This document shows positions 1 to 14,056 of a stretch of DNA of 64,000 nucleotides, piece after piece. The DNA is from Octopus vulgaris. Taxonomy: Eukaryota. A program made the translations under genes and the position numbers. The stretch's first letter is position 1, and each line of letters opens with the position of its first letter. Location: positions 38,130,001-38,194,000 of the forward strand of contig OX597822.1 of the NCBI GenBank assembly GCA_951406725.2, written 5' to 3'. The notes below the pieces were generated by a model, which saw only the letters and a program-made list of their open reading frames with translations, did no database searches and had not been told where the DNA came from.

Positions 1-1080
1 GCTCATTACTTATACAAACAAATGCAATGTATAAATACAGTACGCCGCCCAATGCATAAAGCAGTACAGGAGGGCCTAAAGCTAAACCTAAATAAATATA
101 ATACATTACCGTTATTGTACTCTATCGATTACAATAAGTGTAATATATTTTATTACACTTATTTCACAGCACGCGTGTGAATGAATACGTGTGATGTGTG
201 CATCTTTCTTTAAATGTATTCTCGATGTACCCGATGTATGTTTTTACCCTAATGTAAAACCATCTACATCTGCTCTCTGTGCTATTTTTCTAGACAGGCA
301 TTTTTTATCTAAAGGACACCTAAATTTCATTCGGATTCCGTTACTTGTGCGGCGTATTGGGGTTCTTGATTATCTTGAGACATTTATAAACACCTGTGTT
401 TATAATTATACCTAACTTCAACAGAATGTGTTTCTCTCCCACTCCCGATTGCAAGTAGATCAACACTACTCTCTTCTGCCTCTACAGTTTAACTTTTTCT
501 TATCTTCTTGTGTTTACACATAAGTTACATAGCTGTCTCTACAATAATTCTACTTTGATAATTGAGGCAGCAAATTGACTGAAGCATCAAGTCATTGCCG
601 AGACAAATTCGCAGTATATATTCTGGTTTTGTGTACACTGAGTTCAAATTCCACCTCGGTCAACTATGCCGATCGTCTTTGTGGGCATCGATAAATCGAA
701 AGCACATCTGGTACTGAACTTATTCTTCACGCTTTTCTGCTTTCTTCTCCTTTTTTCCTCCTCAATGAAACAAGTAAAAGAATAAAAGAGGAAAGATTGT
801 ATCTGATTTAAGTATCTTATTTTAAAGAAAATCCACGATACTTCTAAACGCCCAGCGCCCCCTCGCGATAGCCCAACTCACTCAAGGGGGCACTACCACT
901 CAGGTGAACACCCACTCGCCTAAGCTATGAAAACACTCACATATAAGAGACTAATGATGCAGAGACAAGATTTTTTTTTTTTGGTTTATGACATATTTTG
1001 TACATTTTCTTCTTAAATTCTGTCCATCATTTTTCACTTGACTGATTTGTTACTGTTATTGTTGTTGCGTCTGTTGCTAG

Positions 1081-1221
1081 GCTACGGCAGTCAGTCATCT
1101 GTGACGGCAGCAGTGGCACACACCAGTAAAGAGAATCAGACGTCACCTGGCGCCACGAGTAGTGAGTACCAGAGGGAACAAAGTTCGGTGGCGTTGAATC
1201 ACTACTCAGATATACCTTACG
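1081..1221 (+). CDS. Arx: Arx/aristaless-family homeobox gene, internal coding exon upstream of the homeobox (GYGSQSSVTAAVAHTSKENQ...NHYSDIPY)
   Basis: T-rich acceptor ending ctgttgctAG at 1080 and donor G|GTAAGT at 1221/1222. 141 nt, open, phase 1-1; the terminal G joins 'GT' at 16938 to give Gly in frame with the homeobox exon. Linkage to the homeobox rests on phase and position only. Confidence 0.7.
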
Positions 1222-1260
1222 GTAAGTCACAACATCAGCGTCATCATCCTCATCATCATT

Positions 1261-1308
<48 letters not shown>

Positions 1309-1351
1309 TTTCTCACCCTTTCTTTCTTTCCCTCTCTTTCTCTCCTCTCTT

Positions 1352-1400
<49 letters not shown>

Positions 1401-1549
1401 CTCTTGTGTCTGAATGTATGGATGCGCGGCCGTCTCTTTATCTGTGAGTGTGTATATGCACGAGCCTGTGTTCATGCTCCTCAATCTACCCATGAATCTA
1501 CCCTTCTAAGTAGCAACCTAAATAAATAAATTCATACATACATTTGTAT

Positions 1550-1656
<107 letters not shown>

Positions 1657-1953
1657 CATATACATATTTCTGAGAAGAATCATAGATTTCTATTAAACTA
1701 TGTATCTATCTAATCCATGTATGTGTGTGTGTGCGCATGTATATATTCTGTTGTATCTTTTTAATTTTTCTCCTATCAACTTTTTGCTGAAGAAGGACCT
1801 TATCCGAAACGTTGAACTTCCCTCTTCTCACACCAAGTTCATTGTACAAATTTTTCTGTTTTACTAAATAATACAACACTTCCCGACGCAGATCAACACT
1901 CATCTATTTGATATCTGTTCCACACACTGGTATCTGTTTCACACACACATACA

Positions 1954-1998
<45 letters not shown>

Positions 1999-1999
1999 T

Positions 2000-2467
2000 T
2001 TATTTTTTACTTGTTTCAGTTTTTGGACTACGGCTATGCAGAGCCACGGCCTTTTTGTAGCTGAACAACTCGACCTCAGCACTAATTATTAATATTTTTT
2101 TTGCACTGCTTTGTTTTTAAGTCTGGTACTTATTGCATCGGATACATTCGCTCAACTGCTAAGGGAACATAAACTAGCCAACACAGGTTGTCAAGCGATG
2201 AATTTTGACAAATGCTGACACTAAGGCACACGCTCAAACAGACAACCACACATATATACGCGCATGTATGTATGTACGTATATATGTGTGTGAGCGCGCA
2301 CGCGCGCACCTGATGGGATTCCATGCAGTTTCCGTTTACCAAATTCACTAAGAAGGCAGTGGTCGGCTCGGGCCTATAGTAGAAAAACATTTGCCGTGCA
2401 GTGGGGCTGAACCTGAAGCCATGTGGTTGCAAAGCGAGTTTCTTAACCACACAGCCGTGCCTGCGCC
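2000..2467 (-). mobile_element. SINE family A (diverged)
   Basis: Reverse-complement match to head and tail. Confidence 0.75.
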
Positions 2468-2839
2468 TGAACAGTCTCGAATACAGATCGACCTGTTGTT
2501 CTGGTTTCTAACATTTCAAAGATTATTGTTTAACCCCAGGTCATCTCTCAACAAGCAGACCTGTGATCAAAGTATTCAAACCACGACCATTTTATCTTTT
2601 TTATTCGGCATAGTGTATCTGAGACTACATTATACAATATGACCTGTTATTTTAAAAAACTAAACGGTAAGATATAGTTTGAGGGAAATTTGGTTCCCAA
2701 TTGAAGAAGGTTGGGGAATTCTGAAGTGATACCGAAGATGAAGCAGATGGCTGCATCCCATCCCTGCTAGAAATCACAGACAGAAGCGTGTATCCCGAAT
2801 AATCCCAAGGAAACATGTGTATCTCGAATACATTATATC

Positions 2840-3752
2840 TGTTTCAAATTTTGGAACAAGGCCAGCAAGCAAACTGGTACTTATATTGACTCCAAAAAGA
2901 TGAAATACAAAATCGACCTCGGCGGAATTTGAACTCAGAACGTAAAGACGGACGAAATACTGCTAAGCACCTTGTCCGCCGTGCGAACGATTCTGCCAGC
3001 TCGCCGCTTTAATAATGAAAAAATTTTTTTTATAGGCACAAGGCCTGAAAATTTGGGGAAGGGGGATAGTCGATTACATCAACCCCAATGCGTAGCTGGT
3101 ACTTATTTCATCGACTCCGAAAGGATGAATAGCGATGTTTACTTCGGCGGAATTTGAACTCAGAACGTAAAGACGGACGAAATGCCGCTAAGCATCATGC
3201 CCAGCGAGCGAACGACTCTGCCAGCTCGCCACCTTAATAATAATGATAATGGTTTCAAATCATGGTACAAGGCCAGGAAATTCGAGAGATTGAGTAAAAC
3301 GATTCCATCCGGTACTTATTTTAAAGACTGAAAAGCAAAGTCAACCGCGGCAGAATTTGAACTTATAACGTAAAGACAGACGAAATGCATTTTGCCTGAC
3401 GTTTTATCCTGGAAACATTATATTAGAAACGCAGATAGATGGTCACGGTTGGGCGGTCTTCGGTTTTCATCGACTCATTTATGGTTGATTTGGAACTAAA
3501 AAACAACATTAATAGCTATATTATTTTATGTAGAAATTAAGGCCATGAGTTGGCAGAAACGTTAGCACGCCAGGCAAAATGCGCAGCTGTATTTCGTCTG
3601 TCTTAACGTTCTGAGTTCAAATTCCGCCGAGGCCAATTTTGTCTTTCATCCTTTCGGGATCGATAGATTAGGCACCAGTTGCGTACTAGGGTCGAACAAA
3701 TCGACTTTCCACCTCCCCCAAAACTTCGGGCCTTGTGCCTAGAGAATAAAAG
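2840..3752. mobile_element. SINE family B cluster (three minus copies 2840-3400, one plus copy 3538-3752)
   Basis: Core gagttcaaattccgccgaggtcgactttgcctttcatcctttcggggtcgataaa..agtaccag with B-box gagttcaaatt. Confidence 0.8.
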
Positions 3753-4061
3753 AATTTTATGTAGAAATTTACGTATATTTACTCACTACACACTTTACAC
3801 TCATATACACATACGCACTCACACATACACAAAAACTTATACACATGTATAAACAGACAAATATACAAAGACAGACTCATGTATACGTACATACACAAAT
3901 ACACATACACACATAGACAAATCACACATTATACACCATTCAACACTCCGTTACACACATAGACACACACGAACTCACTGCATACACTGAGCTACATACA
4001 TATATACATGCATACATATATACATACATACATGCTTGTCAGTGTGTATGAGTAAGATATC

Positions 4062-4107
<46 letters not shown>

Positions 4108-4115
4108 TTGCGCAC

Positions 4116-4157
<42 letters not shown>

Positions 4158-4478
4158 GTGCGCAATACATACTCACACATCACGAATATATACACACAAC
4201 ACTATAAGGTCGGATCAGTTCAAAAGTAAAAATGAAAGTGATAATAGCTGTTGGTGGTGGGGGTGGGATGGGGTTGCATTGATGACGATGGGTGTAGGTC
4301 GGGGGGAGGATAGTGGTGAGGATCGGGGCGCGGCGGGGCGGGGTCTGGGGCGTGCGGATGTGGTTATCCTTGACTCAACCTCGCTACACAAGAACCACTT
4401 AAGTACGGAAACGGAGATATAGCGAAGATGCCAACACCGTTTCACACAACACAACACACACACACACACTTTCTTCTC

Positions 4479-4563
<85 letters not shown>

Positions 4564-4684
4564 ACACACACACACTCTCTCTCTCTCGCTTCTGTCCAAG
4601 AGGTGAAATTCCTTGAAAGTCTTCTTGAAAATAGCTACAAATCACTTCAACAACGAAATGTTTTACCTCTGCACTTAGACGACG

Positions 4685-5101
4685 CATGTTGCTGCTGCTA
4701 CTGCTGCTGCTGCTGCTGTTGTTGTTGTTTTTGTTGTTGTTGCTGCTGCTGCAGCTGCTACCATTGTTCTTGCTATTACAGACGTTGTTGTTGTTATTGT
4801 TGTTGTCTTCATTGTTTCTATTGCCGTTGTTGTTGCTTTTATAGTTGCGGTTGTTGTTGCTGTTGTAGTTTACGTCGTTATTACTATGGTTCCTGGTATT
4901 CTTGTAGTAAGTTGATATTCTTCTTAACGTTATTGGCATTGTTGTTGCTGTTGATGTTGTAGTTGTTACTGTTGTACAAAGATCTTGGAGTTCTTGACGT
5001 TGTTAATGTTGTTGTTGTTGTTAGTTCTGACAATGGCAGCAGTAAGTGTTGTTGTGGTGATAGTAGTGTTGGTAGCTGTAGTGGTGGTGGCTATAACGGG
5101 T

Positions 5102-5148
<47 letters not shown>

Positions 5149-5192
5149 GGTGGTTGTGGTGGTGTTGGTGGTGGTGGTGGTCGTCGTCGTAA

Positions 5193-5223
<31 letters not shown>

Positions 5224-5294
5224 GGTGGTCGTCGTCGTCGTCGTCGTCGTCGAGGTAGTAGTAGCAATGGTGGTGGTGGTGGTGGTGGTGGTCG

Positions 5295-5381
<87 letters not shown>

Positions 5382-5537
5382 CGGCGGTGCTGGTGGTGGT
5401 GGTGGTGGCGGTGGTGATTTCGTTGTGGTAATTTTAGTGGGGTGGTGGGATAGTCGGTCTTAGTTTACTCGTCCTTGTTATCATCATCATCATCATCGAC
5501 ATCATTATCATTGGCGTCATCGTCGTCAGCATCATCA

Positions 5538-5570
<33 letters not shown>

Positions 5571-5600
5571 TCAACATCATCAACAACAGCAACCACATTT
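4685..5600. repeat. Compound triplet microsatellite block (TGC/TGT/GTA/GTG/GTC/CAT)
   Basis: Direct inspection. Confidence 0.9.
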
Positions 5601-5828
5601 AATGTTAATAAAAGTAAGGAATGTCATGAAGAGGTGTCAAACACTGATGTCCATGACACTAAAACGTTTCGATTAATGATCTCTTTCCCCCTCTCTCCTC
5701 CTCTCTCTCTCCATCTCTCCCTTTCCCTCTCTCTCGTACCCTCACTTATTCGCCTATGTATATAAATGTGAATATATATGTGTGTGTGTGTGTGTGTCTG
5801 CACGTCAAAATGCATGGCTGTGTGGTAA

Positions 5829-5871
<43 letters not shown>

Positions 5872-5873
<2 letters not shown>

Positions 5874-6213
5874 TGCAGGAGTGGCTGTGTGGCAAGTAGC
5901 TTGCTTACCAACCACATGCTTCCTGGTTCGGTCCCACTGCGTGGCACCTTGCGCAAGTGTCTTCTACTATAGCCTCGGGCCGACCAAGGCCTTGTGAGTG
6001 GATTTGGTAGACGGAAACTGAAATATATATATATATTTGTGTGTGTGTGTGTGTGCATTTGTGTGTCTGTGTTTATATCACCGTAACTTAGTGGTTCGGC
6101 AAAAAGAGACCGATAGAATAAGCACTAGGCTTACAAAGAATAAGTCCTAGGGTCGACTTGCTCGACTAAAGCCGTTGCTCCAGCATGGCCACAGTCAAAT
6201 GACTGGAACAAGT
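5872..6213 (+). mobile_element. SINE family A
   Basis: Collinear with 10099-10539. Confidence 0.85.
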
Positions 6214-6231
6214 ACTTACATATATATATAC

Positions 6232-6282
<51 letters not shown>

Positions 6283-6369
6283 TATATACGTATATATATG
6301 TATATATGTAAATATGTGTGTATATATATATATATATGTATAAGTGTATATATATATATATATGTATAA

Positions 6370-6431
<62 letters not shown>

Positions 6432-6551
6432 TGAAATGGATAAATGAATTATCTTGTTACGGATTATTCAAAATTTAACCGATACCTGTGTAGCAAAAAT
6501 CACACCAGAAAAGACACGGTTGAGGTTACGACCATTTCTTCCCTTCACTAA

Positions 6552-6619
<68 letters not shown>

Positions 6620-6663
6620 AATTAGGATGACAAAGGAACAAAGATAATGTTATGAACTTCATT

Positions 6664-6744
6664 AGCTAACAGCTGTTTCTGCCATAAGATGCAATGCACT
6701 CATAATTGAGTGCTTCGATATCATCCTATAGCTTCATCAGAGCT
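6664..6744 (-). ncRNA. Minimal type I hammerhead ribozyme motif
   Basis: Minus strand: agcu CUGAUGA ag cuauaggaug...caucuuaugg ca GAAA cagcug UU agcu, with inner hairpin gcacuca/ugagugc. Lies in a TA-flanked repeat (about 6615-7060). Confidence 0.72.
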
Positions 6745-7275
6745 TCAAACTTGGAACTAAACCGAATTTGAGGTGAATTATTCCGCCAGTCCATGACTTA
6801 TATGCGTATATAATGTAAAAACTATGTACTGGTATGCCCGGACAATATATACGTAAGAATAAATTCATATATGATGTTGATAAGCCACAAAAATACCGAG
6901 ACATCGAAGTTCGTCACTCCTGAGTGGGATCTGTGGTGAGTCATCTCGCCTGACCTCCACTGTCAGGTATTTAACACAAGGTCCTTTGAAAGAGATTAAT
7001 CTCCACCACGCTATATAGCAGCCTGCCGGCAAGTACGCGGAGTGTTTTCGTTATGCATAAATGGTCGATAATGTGTGTATATATATATAATTATAATTTA
7101 GAGAGAGAAGGAAGGAGAGAGAGTGAAGTAGAGAGCAAGAGAGACAGATACACACACACACACATAGATAGATAGATACATACATACATACATTCACACA
7201 TACAGGTATGCACATACACATACACATATATACACACACAAACATACATATATACATACAAAATACATTCCAAAT

Positions 7276-7307
<32 letters not shown>

Positions 7308-7390
7308 GCGCGCGCTCATAGACACACTACCCCGTGTGTGTGTCAATAAGTAAAATTACATTAATGTGTGTGAGAGAGGGAGAGAGAGAC

Positions 7391-7421
<31 letters not shown>

Positions 7422-8180
7422 TGAAGGGAAAAGGAAAGAGGGGAGGGGAGGGAAGGAGGGGGGAGAGGGAGAGAGAGATCCTATTGGAAACTGAAAGCTC
7501 CACAAACTGTTACTCAGATCTTTATTTTTCTGATTTTCGAAAGGAAACATCGGGAAACTATTTTAAGTGAAACAAACGTCAAATAGTAACCGTCGAACGA
7601 AATATCGGCCATTCATTGGCTGGAGCTCGGTTATTGATATGCAGATAACGGATACTGTATGATATATCGTAGAATGTTTAAAGTGTAGAAGGAGAGTGCA
7701 TGTGTGTATCACATAAATTGGAGCATAAATTAATAAGGAAGGACAAAAGAGAAAAAGGAAGATTGACTGTTAAGTATTCTTTCTTCTGTTTTTCTTCGCA
7801 CTTATGTGCTTCCGTATATGGGAGTGTATGCACGCGCCTCAATACGCTTTTTAATACTGCCTCAATTGCATATACCGGATTTTTAATCAGCCAGACAGCT
7901 ATTTGCAACATTAGTGAATATTTCATTCTCTTTTTCCTACGTCAGAGACGACGAATTTTCGACCGAGCAGGTTGCCGGCTGCGAGTACACGCCATTGAAA
8001 AGGTCCAAAATGGCCGAAAATAATCTAGTGCTCTCGCTGGCCGCTGCTAGGAAGAATCTCACATATTTATTGTATTTTTAACATAGCAAGTTCATAAGAG
8101 ATGTTACTTCACGACAATTACTGCACAAACTGGCCTATCGAAAGTGTGAATATATTGTGTTGCATAGATGGCTCTTATTT

Positions 8181-8237
<57 letters not shown>

Positions 8238-8278
8238 GCATACATACACACACACACACACATACATATATATATATG

Positions 8279-8313
<35 letters not shown>

Positions 8314-8316
<3 letters not shown>

Positions 8317-9098
8317 GGAGTAAACACATAAATGTGAAACAAGGTGGAAAAAAGAGTACTCAAATACCAGTGGTAGAGTAATATGCTTTATTTTAAGCAG
8401 CAGAAAATTCAACAAAATCTGTTACTCTGAGTTTCTCGTTGCCGTTCATCAGACAGTTTTTGCTAGAATGGAACATATATATTAATTCAATCTATACTCT
8501 TACAAACGCTACACCTTTAAAAAGAAATGGACTTGTTTGATTGGCCCTTTAGAAAAAACGGTCAATCTTCGAGCGATAAACAAAAAGGTCAAAAATATAT
8601 GTATATATATATAAAAACTTATAAAAATTATAAAATCCGAGGAAAATACCGAGGAAAAAACCTGTTGCCGTTAATGAAGACAGTACAAATTAATGCATAG
8701 AAATTAAACCTTTTGTGTATGTTGATATATATATGTGGATTTTAATATAAATATGTATTGCAGTATTTATAACAGGTTTAATTTCTATGCATTAATTTGT
8801 ACTGTCTTCATTAACGGCAACAGGTTTTTTCCTCGGTATTTTCCTCGGATTTTATAATTTTTATAAGTTTTTATATATATATACATATATTTTTGACCTT
8901 TTTGTTTATCGCTCGAAGATTGACCGTTTTTTCTAAAGGGCCAATCAAACAAGTCCATTTCTTTTTAAAGGTGTAGCGTTTGTAAGAGTATAGATTGAAT
9001 TAATATATATGTTCCATTCTAGCAAAAACTGTCTGATGAACGGCAACGAGAAACTCAGAGTAACAGATTTTGTTGAATTTTCTGCTGCTTAAAATAAA

Positions 9099-9099
<1 letters not shown>
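8314..9099. mobile_element. Penelope-like terminal fragment with a perfect 326-bp inverted repeat, inserted in (TA)n
   Basis: Arms 8386-8711 and 8774-9099 with a 62-nt spacer and a hammerhead in each arm. The unique tail is shared with 15326-15558. Confidence 0.8.
9029..9066 (+). ncRNA. Minimal hammerhead motif (mirror copy on minus strand at 8419-8456)
   Basis: cugu CUGAUGA a cg gcaa cg a GAAA cucagag UA acag; stem II is very short. Confidence 0.6.
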
Positions 9100-9134
<35 letters not shown>

Positions 9135-9141
<7 letters not shown>

Positions 9142-9638
9142 CTGTAGTTGTGTGAGTGTCTGTCCCCTTCGATTTAGATTCCTAACTACTCCCACATTTT
9201 GCAGTGCAGTTTAACCAAATTCGGGTATCTTATAGTCGTGATTCATATCGAGCCCGTCTGAGTATTAGCGCGCGTCTACGATGAGTCTACGATTTTAAAA
9301 ATAATTTAACATCATTTTTTATTCCATTTTAATGCATAATTTTTCGTGTGTCGATGGCGGCGGAGTTGGCGTCCATGGTCACACCTGCACCTGTTTGCTT
9401 TTCCCCCTTCTTCCCTACCTCGTGAAGCTGTGGGGAAGGGAGTGTAAGGAAATCAACGTCGTAAAGCGTTGTCAAGGAGACCAGGGTTCTTTTAGGACAA
9501 CGACTTCATGGCTTGAAGACACCAATACAGAAATGGCTAAGAAAGCCCGAATTGGCATCTATAAGGGAAGTAACTCTTTAAAAATGCTTATATAGTTATT
9601 TCCCTTACAAACCCGAGCAACGCCGGGCGATACTGCTA

Positions 9639-9639
<1 letters not shown>
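9135..9639 (+). mobile_element. Non-autonomous Helitron-like element
   Basis: 3' end: cccgagcaacgccggg hairpin, about 10 nt, then CTAG|T. Same family as 21134-21435. Confidence 0.7.
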
Positions 9640-9715
<76 letters not shown>

Positions 9716-10063
9716 GTTCGGAGATGGTATAGAGTTATTATATATTAGAAGAAATAAGGTACTCAGAAATCTGGATGGTTTTATATTTACAGATTTTTAT
9801 TAATGTATCACATGTTTTTATAAATCATATATTAGCGCTTGCATCCACTCTGGTGGATTCTTCAGATTGAATTTTTTCAGGAGATTCGTCTCTTTTTATA
9901 GTATTATTGAGTGTGTAGGGGTGGGGAGAGAAATAGAATAGTAAAAGAGGGTGAGGAATGGGGAGAAAGTGAGAAAGAGTGCGTGTGTGTGTGCCTTTGT
10001 ATCTGAAAGAAGTGTCAATGGAAAAGAGAAGGAAAGGAAGAAGGAAGATAGAAAGAAGAAAAA

Positions 10064-10098
<35 letters not shown>

Positions 10099-10100
<2 letters not shown>

Positions 10101-10271
10101 CGCAGGAGCGGCTGTGTGGTAAGTAGCTTGCTAAACAACCACATGGTTCCGGGTTCAGTTCCACTGCGTGGCATCTTGGGCAAGTGTCTTCTGCTATAGC
10201 CCCGGGCCGACCAATGTCTTGTGAGTGGATTTGGTAGACGGAAACTGAAAGAAGCCTGTCGTATATATGTA

Positions 10272-10323
<52 letters not shown>

Positions 10324-10538
10324 TGTGTGTTTGTGTGTCTGTGTTTGTCTCCCTAGCATTGCTTGACAACCGATGCTGGTGTGTTTACGTCCCCGTCACT
10401 TAGCGGTTCGGCAAAAGAGACTGATAGAATAAGTACTGGGCTTACAAAGATTAAGTCCTGGGGTCGATTTGCTCGACTAAAGTCGGTGCTCCAGCATGGC
10501 CGCAGTCAAATGACTGAAACAAGTAAAAGAGTAAAAGA

Positions 10539-10539
<1 letters not shown>
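10099..10539 (+). mobile_element. tRNA-headed SINE family A, full copy
   Basis: A/B-box-like head (tggctgtgtgg, gggttcagt), internal (TA/TG)n, tail gtaaaagagtaaaagag; more than 12 copies in the window. Confidence 0.85.
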
Positions 10540-10592
<53 letters not shown>

Positions 10593-11448
10593 GAGATATC
10601 TACCGTATGTATGTATGTATATTCTTAACATCAGAAGAACTTCGTAAATTTTTGAGAGAAAATAAATATTAGATATAAATATAAACTAATTCTTTTTGCG
10701 ACAAGTAGATATCGAAGCTCACATAAGCTATATATACGGGCTTGAAAAGCCCTTTTGGATACAGTAAAAGCAAAGGCTGCCCTTGGAATACAAACTCCCA
10801 TTTGCAATAGACATGATACGGCCAGACCTAATATTTATAGGATATGCTTTATAGCTGTATGTGTGCTTCGAGATCCACTGTTCCAAAGATGAAGTATATA
10901 TAATATATACCTATATGTATGTATGCACATATATGTATGCATGTGTATATACATGCACATGCGCGCGCGCAAGCACAGACACGCTAGATGTAGCCTTAGT
11001 TTTGGTCTGCTGTTGTGATGTGACTGGTGATGGTGGCGGCAGGAGTGATAGTAGGCAGCCATCCTGCTGGTAGTTGTGGTGGTATATGCGAAGTCAGTAA
11101 TATCCGTGACAAAACCAATCAATAATATCCGTAACAAAACTTCTCTTAACAGATTCGAGAAAAAGTGAAGTTAATGTAATTTAAACTATGAACAGTTCTA
11201 AGTGATTCGAACGACTTTTGATGTTGCTGACTTTATGTCTTCATATATACATACATGTATGCATGAATGCATGTATATATATGTGCATGTGTGTGTGTGC
11301 GTTTATATGTGTTAGTGCGTGTGTTTATACCTATATGTGTGTCTGTGTATGTATGTATGTATGTGTGCGTATATATATATATATATATATACGCACACAC
11401 ACATATATATATATGCATATATATGCATATATATATGCATATATATGC

Positions 11449-11499
<51 letters not shown>

Positions 11500-11500
<1 letters not shown>

Positions 11501-12700
11501 GTAAAAGACAGGAAATAGAATTAACATTTTTTGTTTAAAATCACTACAATTGTTTCGACGCACTCTCGCACCTGTGGTTCATGAGTGAAATGTTGTACTG
11601 TCCATTATTTTACATCTCAAGTGTAGAAAGCGCCTCCTCAGATGATTGCTTAAATAAGTCGCTCGTTAGATTTTCTCGCTATTTCACTTAGTTTAACAAT
11701 GTATGCCTAGAATTATGTGCCATTCCAGTAATTCACAAACAGAATTGTCTGTGAGCTGCTGGGTTAGTGTATATGCGTGCAAATATGGTGTACGGTGGGT
11801 GTTTGTTTATGTATGCGTGCTGGATGCACTGGTATGTCAAATGCGCACTTGTGCTCATGCGTATGTTTTAGGCGTGGTGTGTATACGTGTACATGTGCGT
11901 GTATGTGAATATGCGTGTGTGTATGCGATAATTTTAGAAGTGTATACATATACCTTTCGTGTGTGTATACGCGAAGATGGGTATGCCGATTTATGTGAAG
12001 TGCAGCGAAGTATGTAATGTAAGAAGCGAGAGTATATAACTGGTGTGTTGGTGAGTCTTCGCGTAGCTGCTGTGCGTTGTATGATGTATATGTAGGTGTG
12101 AAACAATAAAGGGTGTGTATGTTGCTTTTTTTGCAGTGTGTATGTATACAAGTGAAGCCAGGAGAATGTGTGGTCAAGTGTGCGCTAACAGGTATGAAGG
12201 TCAGAGAATTAGGGGCTGAGTATGCGTCTTAAGCTGATGTGTGAGATAACCTGACTTGATGTATGAAATAAACTGGAGTTGAGAATTTATGCCATAGGAG
12301 TGAATATTGGAAGAGGGAAATGAGTTTCTTTCCCGTCTATAAGGTGGGAGATCCGGTGGGCTAGGCCAGATTGAAAACGAGAGGTGTTGGGTAGTCAGTG
12401 AAGTGGAAGTGTCGACCGATAAGCGAGCTGTAGCCAAGTTGGATGTCTTTAAGGTGCTATGCATATCTCTCAACCAGTCGGCAGACTGTTTGCCCTATAT
12501 AAATCGATTCAGATAAGGAACATTTGGGCTCATAGACAAGGTTAGTGGAGATGCAATAGAAAAGTCCCTGGCGAGGAAGGTACAGTAGTTGGTTATAGTA
12601 AGAGTTCTAGTGTTAAAGATTAAAGCACATGTATGGCAGCAGGGATAAGAGCAGAAGGGAACTGGGTTGAAAGTGAGGTTACGGTCAATGAGATAACAGA
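11500..12700 (-). mobile_element. Decayed Penelope-like element with GIY-YIG endonuclease remnant and terminal hammerhead
   Basis: Minus-strand translation near 12390-12507 gives SIYIGQTVCRLVERYA*HLKDI...IGRHFH, then a 'GIN' C-terminal motif. Hammerhead at 11539-11647 on the same strand. Confidence 0.7.
11539..11647 (-). ncRNA. Minimal type I hammerhead ribozyme motif with long stem II insertion
   Basis: Minus strand: aaucau CUGAGGA ggcgc...gcguc GAAA caauug UA gugauu. All three stems pair; stem III is palindromic; GUA triplet. Confidence 0.8.
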
Positions 12701-13265
12701 GACCAAGAGGCTTCAAGACGCTACCCCAACATGGCCGTAGTCTAATGATTGAAACAAGTAAAAAAAATAATAAAAAGATAAAGGATACGTTTGTATTAGA
12801 TTTGATTAAATTCTGTAATAGATACACAGCCACTAGCGTAACTTGTGGGGGGCAGTAGAGGCAGTCCACCCCAGGCGGCACTTTGGGGTCTGCTGTAGGC
12901 AATGTCTGTTATTTGTGGGGTCTAATGTTGTGAGAATACTGGTAGTTGAGAGGGAGAGAGAGTAAGAGAGAAAATGTGACAGAGAGTGAGAGAGAGAGAG
13001 AGTAAATTGAAACCTGTAATGTGAAACATCCCAATATACTGGACAAACGTATAATGTATTTATCAAGGTATTACAGGAAATAAGTATATCGGACTCCAGG
13101 CTTTGAGATTTTAAAGTTTCATATGTCTACCTACATAATCATCAGCGGACGATGAGTGAATGTATAACCATGCATTTCTAGCAAATCATACTATCCTTGT
13201 TGAAGAAACGAAACGCAACAGAGCAAGCAAAGCGACCCAAAGTATAGGAAATATGTACAAATAAG

Positions 13266-13712
13266 TGCAGGTGTGGCTGAGTGATAAGAAGCTTGCTTCC
13301 CAACAACATGGTTCCAGGTTCAGTCCAATTGTGTCACACCTTAGGGCAAGTGCCTTCTACAATGGCCCCAGGCCGACTAAAGCCTTGTGAAAGGATTTGG
13401 TGGACGGAGGCTGAGGAAGGTCCGGTGTATGTGTGTGTGTGTGTATGTGTGTGTGTGTGTATGTGTGTGTGTCTGTGTGTCTGTGTGTGCCTTTGTGTCA
13501 GTGTTTGTCCCCTACGACTGCTTCATAACCGGTGCCGGTGTGTTTGCGTCTTCGTAACTTAACGCTTCGGCAAAATAGACCGTGAGAGTAAGTATCAGGC
13601 TTTTAAAAAAACAAGTACTGCGGTCGATACATTCGACTAAGAATTTCTTCGTGGCGGCTCCCCAGCATGGCCGCAAACTAATGACTGAAACTAGTAAAAG
13701 ATAAAAGATAAA
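13266..13712 (+). mobile_element. SINE family A (diverged)
   Basis: Collinear with 10099-10539. Confidence 0.75.
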
Positions 13713-14056
13713 ATATTCACAATATCTCTCGGGAATTAAATGTCATTATATGGAGTTCTTCGTTAAGAAAGTACCAGACATTTGAATAGAAATCATAAAA
13801 ATACACTTCTTTCTAAAGTGTTGACGTTTACTGTATACAAATTAGTATCCCCAGTTTTTTTTTTTTTGTGGGGGGGGGGTTTCCTAGATACTGTAATCGT
13901 TAAGTATATAAACTGATTGGCTGTTTGTTCTTTGAGCTTCGTCAAACTGATGTAGACGTCTCTGATGAGAATCCAATACGATTCAATAATCGGTTAAGGT
14001 TGTTCATTATTTTTATCGACCATCGTAGAAATAGCTAAATTAGCCCTGATGATATA

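Noticed and set aside
1038-1529. 163-aa ORF with signal-peptide-like N-terminus and poly-His
   Set aside because: The Leu run is the intron acceptor tract and the His run is intronic (CAT)n; only 1081-1221 is exon-like.
4603-5765. Cys-, Val-, Gly/Ser-rich ORFs
   Set aside because: Simple-repeat artefacts.
10099-10175. tRNA-like sequence with A and B boxes
   Set aside because: It is the head of a multi-copy SINE with no complete cloverleaf, not a tRNA gene.
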